DNA of 64,000 nt from Chrysemys picta bellii (taxonomy: Eukaryota), in contig NC_088809.1 of the NCBI RefSeq assembly GCF_011386835.1, positions 13,454,001 to 13,518,000 on the forward strand. Direction: 5' to 3'. This document shows positions 51,391 to 63,931 of this stretch, piece by piece; the first letter of the stretch is position 1, and every line of letters starts with the position of its first letter. Under the pieces are notes generated by a model. The model was given only the letters and a program-made list of their open reading frames with translations, made no database searches and had not been told where the DNA came from. The position numbers and the translations under genes are program-made.

Positions 51391-52217
51391 ATGGGGAGAC
51401 AGGTCTCTCTGATAAAGAAAGGTATCGGCCTAGGGCTTAATAGACAAGATGAACCAGGGACTATAGTGAAGCCTGAGAGGGGTGGAAGGGCTATTAATTT
51501 GAAGACTTGTTTGAATCTTTATTTGACTTGTTCAGGCCGCAAGGGGCTTAGACTTTTCGGCGACTTGGCCAGAGCGTCAAGCCACAGAATACTCTGAAGG
51601 GGAGTCAGAGAAAGGCCATTGCTGATCCAAGAGAGATCTCAGCAGGGGCTGCTAGAGTTGAGGACTCTGTGCAATGCTGCGACCAGAGTTGAGGGGGTGC
51701 CCACCAGGTGAGAACGCGCTCTCACACTCTCTCAGCTCCTTCACGCATCCATTCACCTGTTATTTGTCCTCATCTGGAAGCATTTCCCACCCACACCAAA
51801 GAATACAAATAAATCAATCACAAAAATTAAAACAAAAAACATGGAGTGGGAACTCATGCTCCCCTTCCCTCAAATAATACACACACAGAAAGAAAACCTT
51901 TCCATCCTATCCCAGGTGACTGGTCTAAGTCACCAGAAAGTGAATATGAGTATTAAATGCTAGCTATTGCTCCTCCTACCCAACTCCTCCTAGCCCTGGG
52001 GAGCAGAGAGTTAACATTCTGTGCAGCTTTAGCTACTGCTGAGTATGCTTATGCTCTAGGGAAAAAATAACATTTATTATTTAATGGCACTTCTTCAACT
52101 TAAAAGGTAGTTTTCTTTTTAATGCTCGCAAATGCTGCTTTTATATCGTACAAATGCTAATCCCCGGTGAACAGCCATTTGCTACTCTTATGTAATCTAA
52201 GCAGACAACATAACTCT

Positions 52218-52240
52218 GACAAGACAAGACAAGACAAGAC
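52218..52240. repeat. (GACAA)n short pentanucleotide repeat
   Basis: GACAAGACAAGACAAGACAAGAC seen directly. Confidence 0.85.
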
Positions 52241-53402
52241 ACTCCGCCTTAAATTTGGCAAAAGTAGCAGATGATCTAAATGAAAGGATTGTTAAATGGC
52301 TCAGTCTCTAGGTTTTCACTGACAGCAACACTGTTGTTGCATTGTCCCAGCTCAGAAAGGTGCATTCACTATTGCTTTAGCTTTACGAACTTTTCACAAG
52401 TCTGGATAACTTATAAACTACGAGGAAATGATGGACCGGGCTTGGTTTTTTTCACTGCAGTATTTTGGAACTTCTGCTTCTTGTTCTCAGAAGTGCAAAG
52501 ATACATTTAAATGAAATTCTGGACCCGATTGTGGCCTGTCTAATGTTCCCAGGCAGGGGAGCAAGGGGGCTCCAGGCATCCTAGGTGGACTATTCAAGTT
52601 CAATTCAATGAGACTTTATCGGCAGGGCAAACTACACAAGTGTTGCCCCCCATACCAGGTCTGTCGGGGCAGGTATGACCCACTCAGGATGGATACAGTC
52701 ACACACTGTGTTTATGGTTTGAGCCCATGTGTCTCAAGACAGTGCAAGGGAGAAAGCAGCCTTCCCAGAGCTGCTACTCCCACTCCTACACGGGTGAGTG
52801 GGGAGGGAGTGAACTGGGGAAGAGAGAGGGCAAAGCCCCTGCCCACTCCACATGCTAGCACCCTGGGGCAAGTCAGGAGAGAATCATTCCATGCCTCCAG
52901 AGCCAGAGGGAAATCTGGAAGCAGTATGTGAGTCTCAGTCACAGTCTGCTTCCTGGGCTGCGCAACAGCAAAGCCACAGTTTTTAGCCCTTAATGGGTGT
53001 TGAATGAGCAGAAGTTTTCCAGTTTTCTAAAGATGGTTTGGTTCAAGATTTGGGGGAGAATCTCAGGAAGGATCTTATTTTATGCCAATGTATTTAATTC
53101 AATTTTTACTTAATACGATCACCTGTAATTGCCATTAAAACACTCCTGAGAAACTGTAGGGGGTCGCAGAGTGTCAGCACCAGTCACTCAGCATGTCTGA
53201 CGGTGGGCTGATGCCGGCAGGAATAGAACAACACATCAATACTTGCCAAATTCAAGGTTTGCCAGGAAGTCCCCACAGTGAGATGCTAAAGAACCTTCCG
53301 CTGAGTTACTGGTAACTAGAACCATGCAAACATTCCACACAGAATCCTTTGTGTTTCAGCCCAACCCAAAACACAGTTCAAGGTCCTGAAAAGATTCACT
53401 GA

Positions 53403-53643
53403 GGGCTTGTCTACACTTGGAAAACGACAGCAGCACACCGTAGACATAACAGGAAGGGTTCTCCCATCGGGGTAGGTAATCACCTCCCCAAGAGGTGGGA
53501 GCTATTTGATGGAAGAATTCTTCCATTGAACTAGTGCTGTCTACACAGTGACTTAGGTCAGTTTAACTACGCTGCTCAGGGGTGTGGATTTTTCACACCC
53601 TGAGCGACGTAGTTAAGTTTAATTTTCTAGTGTAGACCAGCCT
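53403..53643. mobile_element. Harbinger-like MITE
   Basis: TIR GGGCTTGTCTACACT / AGTGTAGACCAGCCT; body homologous to 24225-24500 (GGAAGAATTCT, AACCTAGTGC-like motifs). Confidence 0.75.
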
Positions 53644-56600
53644 TAGGTTTCTGCAAACTGGTATCTAGTTTCAAATGAAAGCCACCAATTGAAGGTTTTG
53701 GATGGAAATGAAATGGAATGCTGTAGTTTTACATGGGTTTGACCCCAAAATAGATAAAACACGGTGGTTTATACATGTCTCATTTCTTCCCACTGGAAAA
53801 CGAACACAAGTTGTATTTCTTGGAAGAAAATACCGATACGTCTTTAACACAGTCAATGTGTGAATGAGGCAGAGACAACAAACACCTAATAGAAAAGCAA
53901 TGTTACATCCAACATGCTGAGATGAATTTGCCAATTAGTGAATCTACTCCTGTTCTTCCTGCACTACAGAGCCAGAGCTCAGGTGAAGGTTCCATGGCCA
54001 TTGGGAAGAAACAGGCCAGAGACCGTGTGTGTCCAGAGGTAGGAGTGTGACAATGGACAGAATGCCATTCAGGTGCTAAATTAGCAGTTGAAGCATCAAC
54101 AGTGCTTGTGTATGAGTAGCACTCCTGGCCTGCCACTGGGGGTTGGTCTATCACAGCACTCTAGCAACCCCATGAGGAAGGATGGATCACAACGGGAAAG
54201 GATATTATCCCAGATAAACTGAACACATCTCCGTTCAACAGGGAAAAATCCTTATTTTACTACTGTTTGGGTACTGTGATCACAACAAGTCTTGGAAAGG
54301 TAAGGACTTATTGGACTTTAAACTGACGCCTCTTTTTTTTTAGTTTACACTTGAACTTAAGTTCAACTGTCTTCCCCCACTTTAACCCTGTGGCTTTGGC
54401 AGAGCAAAACAGCTGTTGCAGAAGGACACATGGTTTTCCATCCTGCGGGAAATTCAGACAGAAATTTTTCAAGTGGGATCATATATGGATATTCTGTTGC
54501 AGAATGGTGAAATCATAGGACCCTCCCTACCCATCCGCCACTGGGCTGCAAGGCATGATACACTAAGACAGCACAGAGCAACCTTCTTTATGAGGTAGAA
54601 AATGTAACAGAAATGCTGATCTTGAAATATTGGTTTACACTACTTCATTTGCATGTGCCCATGAGCAACAATGGGGTTAATTAATACACGTTCTGGGTTT
54701 CCAGCTGAATATGAAATAGTTACTGCATTGAGGCTTTAAGTATAAATCTATTTAAAATACAGATTACCTTGCCTCCTGGTGTCTTTTCCCTGTGTTTTCT
54801 GTGCAAATGAGGTATAATAACTCTCAAAAGTAGAGCCACGTAACCCAATCCAAGAAGGATGCACATATATTTTAGAGCCAGAGCCAGTTAATTAGGACAT
54901 TAGGAAGAAGATTGTTTTTTATCTTTTAATACTTTTTCAAACCCATGTTCACTTCTAATAAAAATAAGGTTGAGTGTTTTGCTTTACAAATATCAGTTCT
55001 TAAAGTGCTTTGGTTCAAGTTTAACTCTTTAAGGCATCAGTACAGCAATGCACTTAAGCATGTGATTAAATTTACAGCATACAGACTAGTCTCAAAGAAG
55101 TCAATGTGACTTCTCATGTGCTTAAAAGTTAAGCGTTTGGCTGGATCACGGCATATAGGGCCAAAGGTAGAGTTCTGGACTAGCTCACCCAAACTCTTTT
55201 TCCTTCTGCTTCTGACAACCAGAGGGAGAAAATGTGTGGCCCTGGGCCAAATCCTGAGCTCTTTATTCTTTTCTGTTCTATTTTGGTTCTTCTATCGCAC
55301 CCATCACCATGGTGTCTGAGTTTTTAAACAAAGCCAAGGAAGGGATGGTGCTTCTGTTGGTCAAGCCCCTGAGTCATTACAGAGCTTAAGGGAGGAAAAC
55401 GACCTATAGGGAGGAAAACGACTTATAGTCTACTACCAAAGGGGTGGGGGGAGAGATGGACTCATATATTTGGAAAACAGCAACAATTCTAATGCTGAGA
55501 GCAAGAAAGGAAGCACAATGCACATCATAGTACAGAACTGAGGGCGGTTATGGCTAACACACTAAAACCATGAGCCACTACGCATGTGAAAACTGTAGTA
55601 TATAAAAACATGCCTGGTATCTTTACACAGTTATTAAATAAGGCTGAGGACTCTCGTCAATGAAGTAGGTGGGTTGTAAGCATTCTCTGCTGCTTTGGAA
55701 CTGCTGGGAAAGCAGTGATGAGAAAGAGACCTCTGAAGTACCAAGGAGAGAAATGAGAACTCAGTGCATTGAGTTATTGGGGTTAACCACCTTTCATGTA
55801 TCATGGCAACAAGTGCACTGCATGGATTAGATTCTGTATGAACGAGAAGCCTTGCCTTGAATAATAAAAACACCAATGGGAAGCCAGCTAGTGTGGCACT
55901 CTGCTACCTTCATATTGTAGTGAACTTTGCCTATGACTGTGATTCAAAATGAGTCCCCAGGAGCAGTACCCACAAAGCATAACAGGGACACACAAAGGAG
56001 GAGGATAAATGCATCGGGATGCAGGACATAAACCTTCAGAAATTATTCTATTGTTCTAAATACCACACAGAGCAAGTCTCGAGTTATACCACAATGAGAA
56101 TAACGCATGCCGGTCTGGTCATTTACTGTCTCAAGGAGAAGAGAGATTCTCAAAGGTGGCTTGAGGAGTGAAGCAACCAACTCCCGCTGAATTCTGATGG
56201 GAGCTACCTGCCCTTTGTGCCTTTGAAAAGCTCACCTGAGATTGTTGGGATTGTAAGAACGGTGGCAAAAGTGACTAAATAATCTGAAGAGATGATTAAT
56301 AAAGAAAGGTTTATTGTCATTATTGGTGGTGCCCAAAATTCTCTAGGCCATTTCCAAATACTTAAGATGACATAATTCCTGCCCCAAAGAGCTTGGTCTA
56401 TATGGAAAGTACATAAGTCTCACAGTAAGAGCAAACTGAATGTGAGTGGATGGGTGAAGGAATCCACTTTTCACAAAACAAATCTTGAAGATTAATTGAA
56501 CCAACACCCAACTGTTGGAGATAGTGGGCCTGATTCTCCATTGACCTGTACTACTGTGACTGAGATCCAGATTGTCCCATTGGATTTATGCTTCTAAGGA

Positions 56601-56829
56601 CCTAAATCTCTTTTGGAAATGAGACTTAGGTTCCTAAATCAGTTAGGCATTGCAATGCTGAGCACAGCAACAGTAAACACCATTACAAATCTGGGCCTAC
56701 ATGTTTTATACCCACTTGGCTCTCACCGTGCACTGACGTAAATAACAACACATGGTGCAGGGCAACAGAGAATCACACCCTGTAGCTAAATGAAAGACAA
56801 AAAGTCAGAGAGGAGAAGATTGGCATGTG

Positions 56830-56965
56830 AATCCTTCGGACCAAATTTCTTTGCACGGAAATTTGCTTGGAACAACCTGCCAAATTCAGCAGGCGAAGGC
56901 CGGTGTAAGGCAAGAGGTGAAAATCACTCAAGAGGGAATTAGATGTGTATCTGGAAAAGGACTAT
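56830..56965 (+). mobile_element. Ancient CR1/L2-group ORF2 C-terminal remnant
   Basis: Frameshifted translation AWNNLP ... SLKRELDVYLEK resembles the WNxLP..FKxxLDxYL end of CR1/L2-group ORF2. Confidence 0.5.
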
Positions 56966-58465
56966 CATGTTCAAAGGAACTCTGGCAGCAGATGCACCAA
57001 CTAAGACGCTACCACTGTAACATAAATTTTCAACAGTATAAAAAGGTTGAGGCCAACATATTAAAAAGGGTCAGTGATAACAGGTGTCTAATCTGAGCCC
57101 CCCAAAAAAGGGATGAAGTCCTTCAGAACAAGTAGGGAGCAGGAGAGGAATTGTGATCTGAGTCATAGTTCCTTCCCAGAGCTCCTCCAGGGGGAGCACA
57201 TATATGTGCTACCCCTTCTTCTGAACCTAGCCTACCATTCTAGCCCTATAATGAGAATATTTGGCCATTCGTGGCACCCAGCCTTAAAAAAATAATACTG
57301 TGCAATTATTTTCAGAAAGCTGATTAGAGGGAAATGTCATCTTATTATTCGACGTACTGCTCTCCTTGCATGGCTTCTTTGTTAGAAAAAACAGGGAAGC
57401 AGATATGACCCAGATATCATTTTATTCCTGCTAGAACTGCAGAGCCAACATCTATGGACAAGGAAGCCTGATTCTACCCTGTCTAGAAGCATCAGCTACC
57501 AAACTATCAGCTATGTTTTAACTGTTCTTTACGGGTGATGATTTAAGAGGCAGAAGGAACAGCTTGAGTTTCTGTCAGAGCCCAGGCTTATGTTTGCAGT
57601 GCTGGCACTTAGAAAATTGTGTTCTGACTTACGAAAATGAACAGATTTGCTCGGGAAGTCCTTGAGAGAGGACAGATATGAAACCCCACATTGCTATTTA
57701 TATAGTTACACTTTGCAGAGTGTAACATCATGTCAAATTTTCTCTTATCTTTCCCAACGTGCACTGTTTTTTTAATAAGAAGGCAACCTTCAGTTTTTTT
57801 TAATGGTTTTGTTTTCCACATTATAGTGCAATCAGACGTTCCAGGAACTTAAGATGACTTGCTAGCTCATTGTAACAGTGAACAAGGGAGGAAAGTTGGA
57901 TTATTGTTTCATGCATTTAGGGATATTTTAAAGGACAGTTGTACTCTGAAAAGGGATTCTGAAAAAAACGACATTGTGGTGGCTCAGTAATTCTCGACTG
58001 AATTGCTACTAAAAGGAGGTTTATCTCCAACAATCTTAGCCTGTCCTCTGAGAGCAGGGTTCATTCTGGCTCATGCACCATGACCACAGTAATAAATGTT
58101 CAGCAAGTGAAATTTAACATTTCTGTTGATGACGACAGGACTGGAATGCAGCTCAATCTCCCAGGACCGCATTGACTCAGCAGGGCTAACAGGAATGGTA
58201 AAAACATATCTGAGTCAGAAATACAAGCAGATCTAACTCACAATGCACTGAAGGACCAGGCCTGTTGAACTTTTCTAGTTGTTTTCTGACCATAACTGCA
58301 TTTTCAAAGGCAAGTTAAATAATTTATACACCCTCTCAGTGTTGGCCTAACTCTGATTCCATTGAAATTACTGGGAATTATTTACCATTGGCTTCAATGG
58401 GAGCAGAGTTAGACCAGTGCTGAGTGCTTTTGAAAATACCACTGCATAGAGTACAGATCCTAGAC

Positions 58466-59216
58466 CAGGGGTGGGCAAATTTTTTGGCCCAAGGGCCACA
58501 TCTGGGTATGGAAATTGTATGGTGGGCCATGAATGCTGATGAAATTGGGGGTTGGGTTGCAGGAGGGGGTGAGGACTTGGGCTGGGGGTGTGGGCTCTGA
58601 GGCGAGGCCAGAAATGGGGAGTTCATGGCGCAGGAAGGAGCTCCGGGCTGGGGCAGAGGGTTGGGTACAGTGTGGGGGAGGACTCCGGCTGGGTGTGCGA
58701 GCTCTGTGGTGGGGCTGGGGATGAGGGGTTGAGGGTTCAGGAGGGTGCTCCAGGCTGGGACCAAGGGGTTCGGAGGGTGGGAGGGGGTCAGGGCTGGGGC
58801 AGGGGGCTGGGGCACGGGAGGGGGGGGTCTGACGTGCAGGCTCCGGCTGGTGCTTACCTCAACCAGTTCCTGGACGCAGCGGCATGTCCCCCCCCTCCGG
58901 CTCCTACGCAGAGGCACGGCCAGGCACCTCTGCGCGCTGCCCGGTCCGCAGGCGCCACCCCTGCAGCTCCCATTGGCCAGTTTCTGGCCAATGAGGGAGG
59001 CGCTTGGGGCGGGGGCAGCGTGTGGAACCTTTTGGCTGCCCCTATGCATTGGAGCCGGAGGGGGGACATGCTGCTACTTCCGGGAGCCGTGCGGACCCAC
59101 AGCACGCATGGAACGGGGCAAGCCCCTGACCCCGCTCCTCGGCGGGAGCTCAAGGGCTCGATTAAAACATCTGAAGGGTCGGATGTGGCCCCCGGGGCCG
59201 TAGTTTGCCACCCCTG
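58466..59216. mobile_element. Non-autonomous hAT (Charlie-like) element with G-rich interior
   Basis: TIR CAGGGGTGGGCAAA / TTTGCCACCCCTG; perfect 8-bp TSD TCCTAGAC (58458-58465, 59217-59224). Confidence 0.92.
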
Positions 59217-61227
59217 TCCTAGACACCAAATGAGCGAGTAATGAGAGGTGTAACTCATTCCTCGTCTGAGCTATCTAATCCCCTGAATTCAGGAAGGTGA
59301 GATGGTGCTGCAGCTTTCACCCTGCCTTGTGGTTTTCTGCTTGGAGGGTGGGGGGTAAGGAGCTTTATCTTTTGGCCAGAGCTTTACAGGAGATTTATCA
59401 CAGGAAGCTGCTGGGAGTTCACACTGAATTGACTGTCCTGCCTACACTCCCTTCTCAGCCCGTGCTGCTCATTCTTCGAGTTCTGCAGACCCACATATCT
59501 ACAGGCCCTTTAGCAGAGGGAAAGCTGTGGCTGCTCGCCACAGCTGGAACGTTCCCAAGAGCGGCCCAGAGCCTGCAGTTACAGTGGCGGAAGACAGGGC
59601 GGTACGTCTGGTTCTGTATGTCCAGCATTACGTCAGGCCTTTGGCAATTCTTCAATTAGTAGTCACTCGAAGACCAGAAAAGGCTTATAAGCGCCAGAAG
59701 CTCAAGTGGAAATTAAGGGGTGCATAGTCTTGAGAGCAGGACCTCTGTACACAGAAGTGAATTTCATCTGCAATATATTGCCTGTTGGATGGGAAGAGCT
59801 AATATTTTTCGATGAAAACGATGAACTTTTTCCCTGCATAAAAAGAATATTGTCGGTAAAAACACTAGAATCAGAGTGGGTGAGAATGCTCCCTTCACCC
59901 TTCCTTATTGGAGTGGAGATAATGGGCAGGGACAATAAATCATTTTCTATCAGGAGAGAGCAAGAGAGTGAGCAGCATAAGCGACATGACTGCCTGCTTG
60001 CAATTTCCCTTCCTTAAAAGAGACAGCTCTAAATTGCTCACACCACTGCAACTCTAATAGAAGAAAATGGTGTAAATGTCTGGCACACAATGCGTCAGAA
60101 AACTAGACTGACATTTCCTATAAAACATCCTCCGGCACCTACAGTAAATGCGGCACTGACAACAACGTGGAGGAAACGTTCTAAATTCACAATAGTACCA
60201 ATTTCTGTGGTTAAAATAAACGTTTTTCCTGATTGGCTATTTGTCAACAGTGGAAATATTTCTTTCAGCCACACAACAATAATGCTGACTGAAGAATAAA
60301 ATCAATCTTAATACAATGGGGATACCGACCGATATAAATAGCATGTGACCAAGCACATGGGCGCATGGGAATTGGTATGTTGCTTTATTTCTAAAGCTAT
60401 GCTTCTAAGACATTTTCCAGGGTCAGTCTTATTCTATTTCTTCCTTTGCTCTGAGTTAACAATATTTTTACCTGGAAATATCCTTTGTTTAAAAATTCCC
60501 CACTTTCAGTAGTCCCTGTGGTTTTTGCGCATAGATTCTGTGGTATTGTGTGAGCCATCCAGGGTCTTTCACGGATCCTGCAAGTTATGCAGGTGCTTCC
60601 TTGTTCCCTGAAAGCAGGGAAGAAATGGACCCATCTTTATGTGTGGCTTCCTCCTTCCCATTTGCCAGATCAGAGCACTTACCTCCATTTGTGGCTTGCC
60701 CTCTCCTAAGACCTCATCAGTCCAATGTGGTACCCTGCTTGCCACCCCTCACATCATGACTATCTGCATCTGGCCTTTTACCCACTTTATAAAGTTTATA
60801 GCTGTTCAGTATAAATGCTAAGATACATCAGCTGATTAGGCAGATGGGACAGACAAACACCAACTCATTAGGCCATGAAAGACATCATAATGTACGTAAT
60901 TAGTATCTCATAATTCCAACCTCAACCTCCAAAACTAGTTTAAGGCACATCTCCTTTCCAGGACCGACTGAATATATGGAATTTGGGGTATATATGTCAA
61001 GCCATTTGGGAGATGTGAAAACCAACCAAACACACTAAGAAATAAAATTAAGGATATATTCCAAGAGTGAACTCCACTTAAGATTTGAACCTCTCAGAAG
61101 TTTTCTCTGATTCATCCCCAGACTGAAGATCTTGCAGGTGGAATTTCAAGCAGATCAGTTTCATTCTGGCAAAGTGACGGTTGGGTGGGTAAAAATCCCA
61201 CATCATGCTAATTACGTTCTCTTCACG

Positions 61228-61398
61228 AAAACAACAAGGAGTCCAGTGGCACCTTAAAGACTAACAAGTGCATCTGAAGAAGTGGGTTTTTTACCCACGA
61301 AAGCTTATGCCCAAATAAATCTGTTAGTCTTTAAGGTGCCACCGGACTCCTTGTTGTTTTTGTGGATACAGACTAACACGGCTACCCCCTGATACTTG
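61228..61398 (+). mobile_element. 171-bp PLE-derived hairpin mini-element
   Basis: Inverted arms 61228-61266 / 61322-61360, 38-nt tail, perfect 10-bp TSD TCTCTTCACG (61218-61227, 61399-61408). Confidence 0.92.
61270..61310 (+). ncRNA. Minimal type-I hammerhead ribozyme motif with intact core
   Basis: GCAT-CTGAAGA-A-GTGGGT-TTTTT-ACCCAC-GAA-AGCT-T-ATGC. Stem I GCAU/AUGC, CUGANGA box, 6-bp stem II, GAAA box, palindromic AGCU stem III. Predicted cleavage after U at 61306. Confidence 0.8.
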
Positions 61399-62019
61399 TC
61401 TCTTCACGCATTCACAGGCCTAATAAAACCTTATGAATAAATTATATGCTTTTCAGCCTCATATTTTTCAGAGTGATCAATGTAACAATATAGCATAATA
61501 GATCTCCCACTATCTCACTCAGTGGGTCGCAGCCTGTGGACAACAAGCTGCAGAATGTCTTGTAAAATCAGCAGACATGACAGTCACAGGAACTATACTG
61601 CTATGTGCTGACAGGCAAGGTGCTAAAGAAAGAATTTCATGTACAATCCTGCCATCAGATATTCCTGTCTGTAGCCTGATTTACTCTTTTAGTCCAAAGA
61701 ATTTCAGTTATTGTCCTGCCATCGGGTATCCATATCAGTACTCAGGGTTTAGAGAGTTGAAGATCAAACAAAGCTCAAGCCAAGTACATTTAGAATGACA
61801 ACAAACAATGCTTATCGCTCAGCCACAAGGGGACATTTTATAGTAGGTGTCTGCATTTGGCTAGTACTAAGGTATTATAAAAACAACATACAACCAAACC
61901 TGGGCTATTTTAAGGCTCTGGTAACAAGTACCAAGCATTCAGACTTTCCTTTCATAAGATTAAAAACACAGCTAAGTATTTATTTATCTAAGCTTTTTAT
62001 AAGGCCCCCATTTCCATAG

Positions 62020-62230
62020 TACCTGAGTGCCAAACTATATTAATGTGTTTATCCTCACCCTGTGAGGTAGGGCAATGCTATTCTGCCCATTTTACAGATG
62101 GGGACCCCTGGCACAGAAAGACTAAGTGATTTGCACAGGATCATATAGTAAGCCCTTGGCAGAGCAGGGAATTGAACCTGGAGTTCCCATGGCCCAGGTT
62201 AGCACCTTAAATACGGGACCATCCTTCCTC
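62020..62230 (-). mobile_element. MIR/CORE-like SINE
   Basis: CCCATTTTACAGATGGGG..AAGTGATTTGCACAGGATCA..GGAATTGAACCTGGAG reverse CORE and tRNA-like head. Confidence 0.75.
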
Positions 62231-62354
62231 TATTCACTCATGCATAGAACATCACGGAGCAGATTCTCTGCCCTATTCCTCTCCCTTTGCTCTGCCTATG
62301 TGGCACAAATGGCTAGAGACTTGCTGCAACTTGGTACCACATGAGATGTTGATT

Positions 62355-63462
62355 AAAAAACTAGAACAGTATAAAATTAACATGGCACATCTTAAAAGGA
62401 TTAAAAACTGGCTAACTGATGGGTCTTAATATACAATTGTAAATGGGGAATCGTCATCAAGCATATGTTTCCAGTGGGATCCTGCGGGGGGTTGGTTCTT
62501 GGCCTTATGCTATTTATCATTTTTATCAACGACCTGGAGCAAAACATGAAATCACCACAGTCAACCTTTGCAGATGACACAAAAATTGGGGGAATGGCCA
62601 AATAATGAAGGGGACAGGTCACTGATTCAGAGCTATTTGGATCACTGGGTAAACTTGGCACAAGCAAACAATATGCATTTTAATATGGCTAAATGTAAAT
62701 GTATACACCAAGGAACAAAGAATGCAGGCCACACTTACAGAATGGGGGACTCTCTCCAGGGAAGCAGTGTCTCCGAAATAGATTTGGGGGTCATGGTGGA
62801 TCATCAGCTGAACATGAGCTACCAATGTGATTCTATGGCCAAAACAGCTAGTGCAATCCTGAGATGCATAAAGAAGGGAATCTTGAATAGGAGTAAAGAC
62901 GTTATTTTACTTCTGTATTTGGCACTGGTGCAACTGCTGCTAGAATTCTGGGTCCGGTTCTGGTGCCCACAATTCAAGAAGGATGTTGATAAATAGGAGA
63001 GAGTTTAGACAAGAACCATGAAAATGATTAAAGGATTAGAAAACCTGCCTTCTAGCGATAGACTCAAAGAACTCAATCTATTTCAGTTACCAAAGAGAAG
63101 ATTAAGGGGTGACTTGATTACAGTTTATAAGCAACTATATGGGGAACAAATATTTAATAAGGGGCTCCTCGATATAGACGAGCAAGAGCGAACACGAACC
63201 AGTGGCTGGAAGCTGAAGCGATACAAATTCAGACTGGAAATAAGACATACATTTTTGACAGTGAGGGTAATTAACCATTGGAGCAATTTGCCAAGGGTCA
63301 TGGTGGTGGATTCTCCATCACTGACAATTTTAAAATCAAGATTGGATGTTTTCCTAGAAGATCTGCTCTAGGAATTATTTGGGTGAGGTTCTCTGGCCTG
63401 TGTTATACAGGACGTCAGACTAGATGATCCCCATTGTCCCTTCCAGCCTTGGAATCTATGAA
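62355..63462 (+). mobile_element. CR1 LINE 3' portion (decayed RT C-terminus and 3' UTR)
   Basis: FINDLE..FADDTKIGG, MHFNMAKCK, DLGVMVDHQLNMS, RRLRGDLITVYK, FLTVRVINHWSNLP motifs with stops and frameshifts; ends GTCCCTTCCAGCCTTGGAATCTATGAA. Confidence 0.93.
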
Positions 63463-63681
63463 CTCTCGAGCTAGCATAGAGGAACTCAATGGAAGCGGAG
63501 AGATTCAGCTGCTTTCAAAAATCCAGCCAAAATACTTTATTTTATCCTTAGTAAAGAGTGATAGTTGACATTAATTTTATGCAAAACATACAGAGAAAAA
63601 AAACATTTGATTTTCTACATACAGAAATCCATGAGCTCCTCTGTGCTAAAAAGGAAACTAAATATATAGTTTTTGTTTCTA

Positions 63682-63931
63682 AGGCCCTGATTCTGCAAAC
63701 ACTTAAGCATGAGAATAATTTTACCCATATAAATTCAATGAGACTATTTGTGGGTAAAATTCACCCTGTGCACAGGGCCCATCCCGGACTTATGTACCAT
63801 TGAAGTGCCACCTTGAGAACTTATGTGGGAGTTAACGGGTGCACAGTCCTTGCACCCTCTGCACAGGGGTAAATTTCACCCCCTAATTATAAAGTTACTA
63901 ATGTGTATGAATGGTTGTGGAATTAGAGCCT
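63682..63931. mobile_element. Nested short palindromic MITEs
   Basis: Outer AGGCCCTGATTCTGCAAAC..GGAATTAGAGCCT interrupted by an inner element at about 63752-63882 with inverted ends GGGTAAAATTCACCCTGTGCA / TGCACAGGGGTAAATTTCACCC. Confidence 0.6.

Noticed and set aside
58378-59258. Several long ORFs (up to 223 aa) on both strands
   Set aside because: They lie within a GC-rich hAT MITE with TIRs and TSD; low-complexity Pro/Gly translations are expected from stop-poor composition.
59702-59935. Minus-strand ORF containing HSDSSVFTDN, reminiscent of the VIP N-terminus HSDAVFTDN
   Set aside because: Extra residue, no similarity after the ninth position, no dibasic processing sites or amidation signal; treated as chance.
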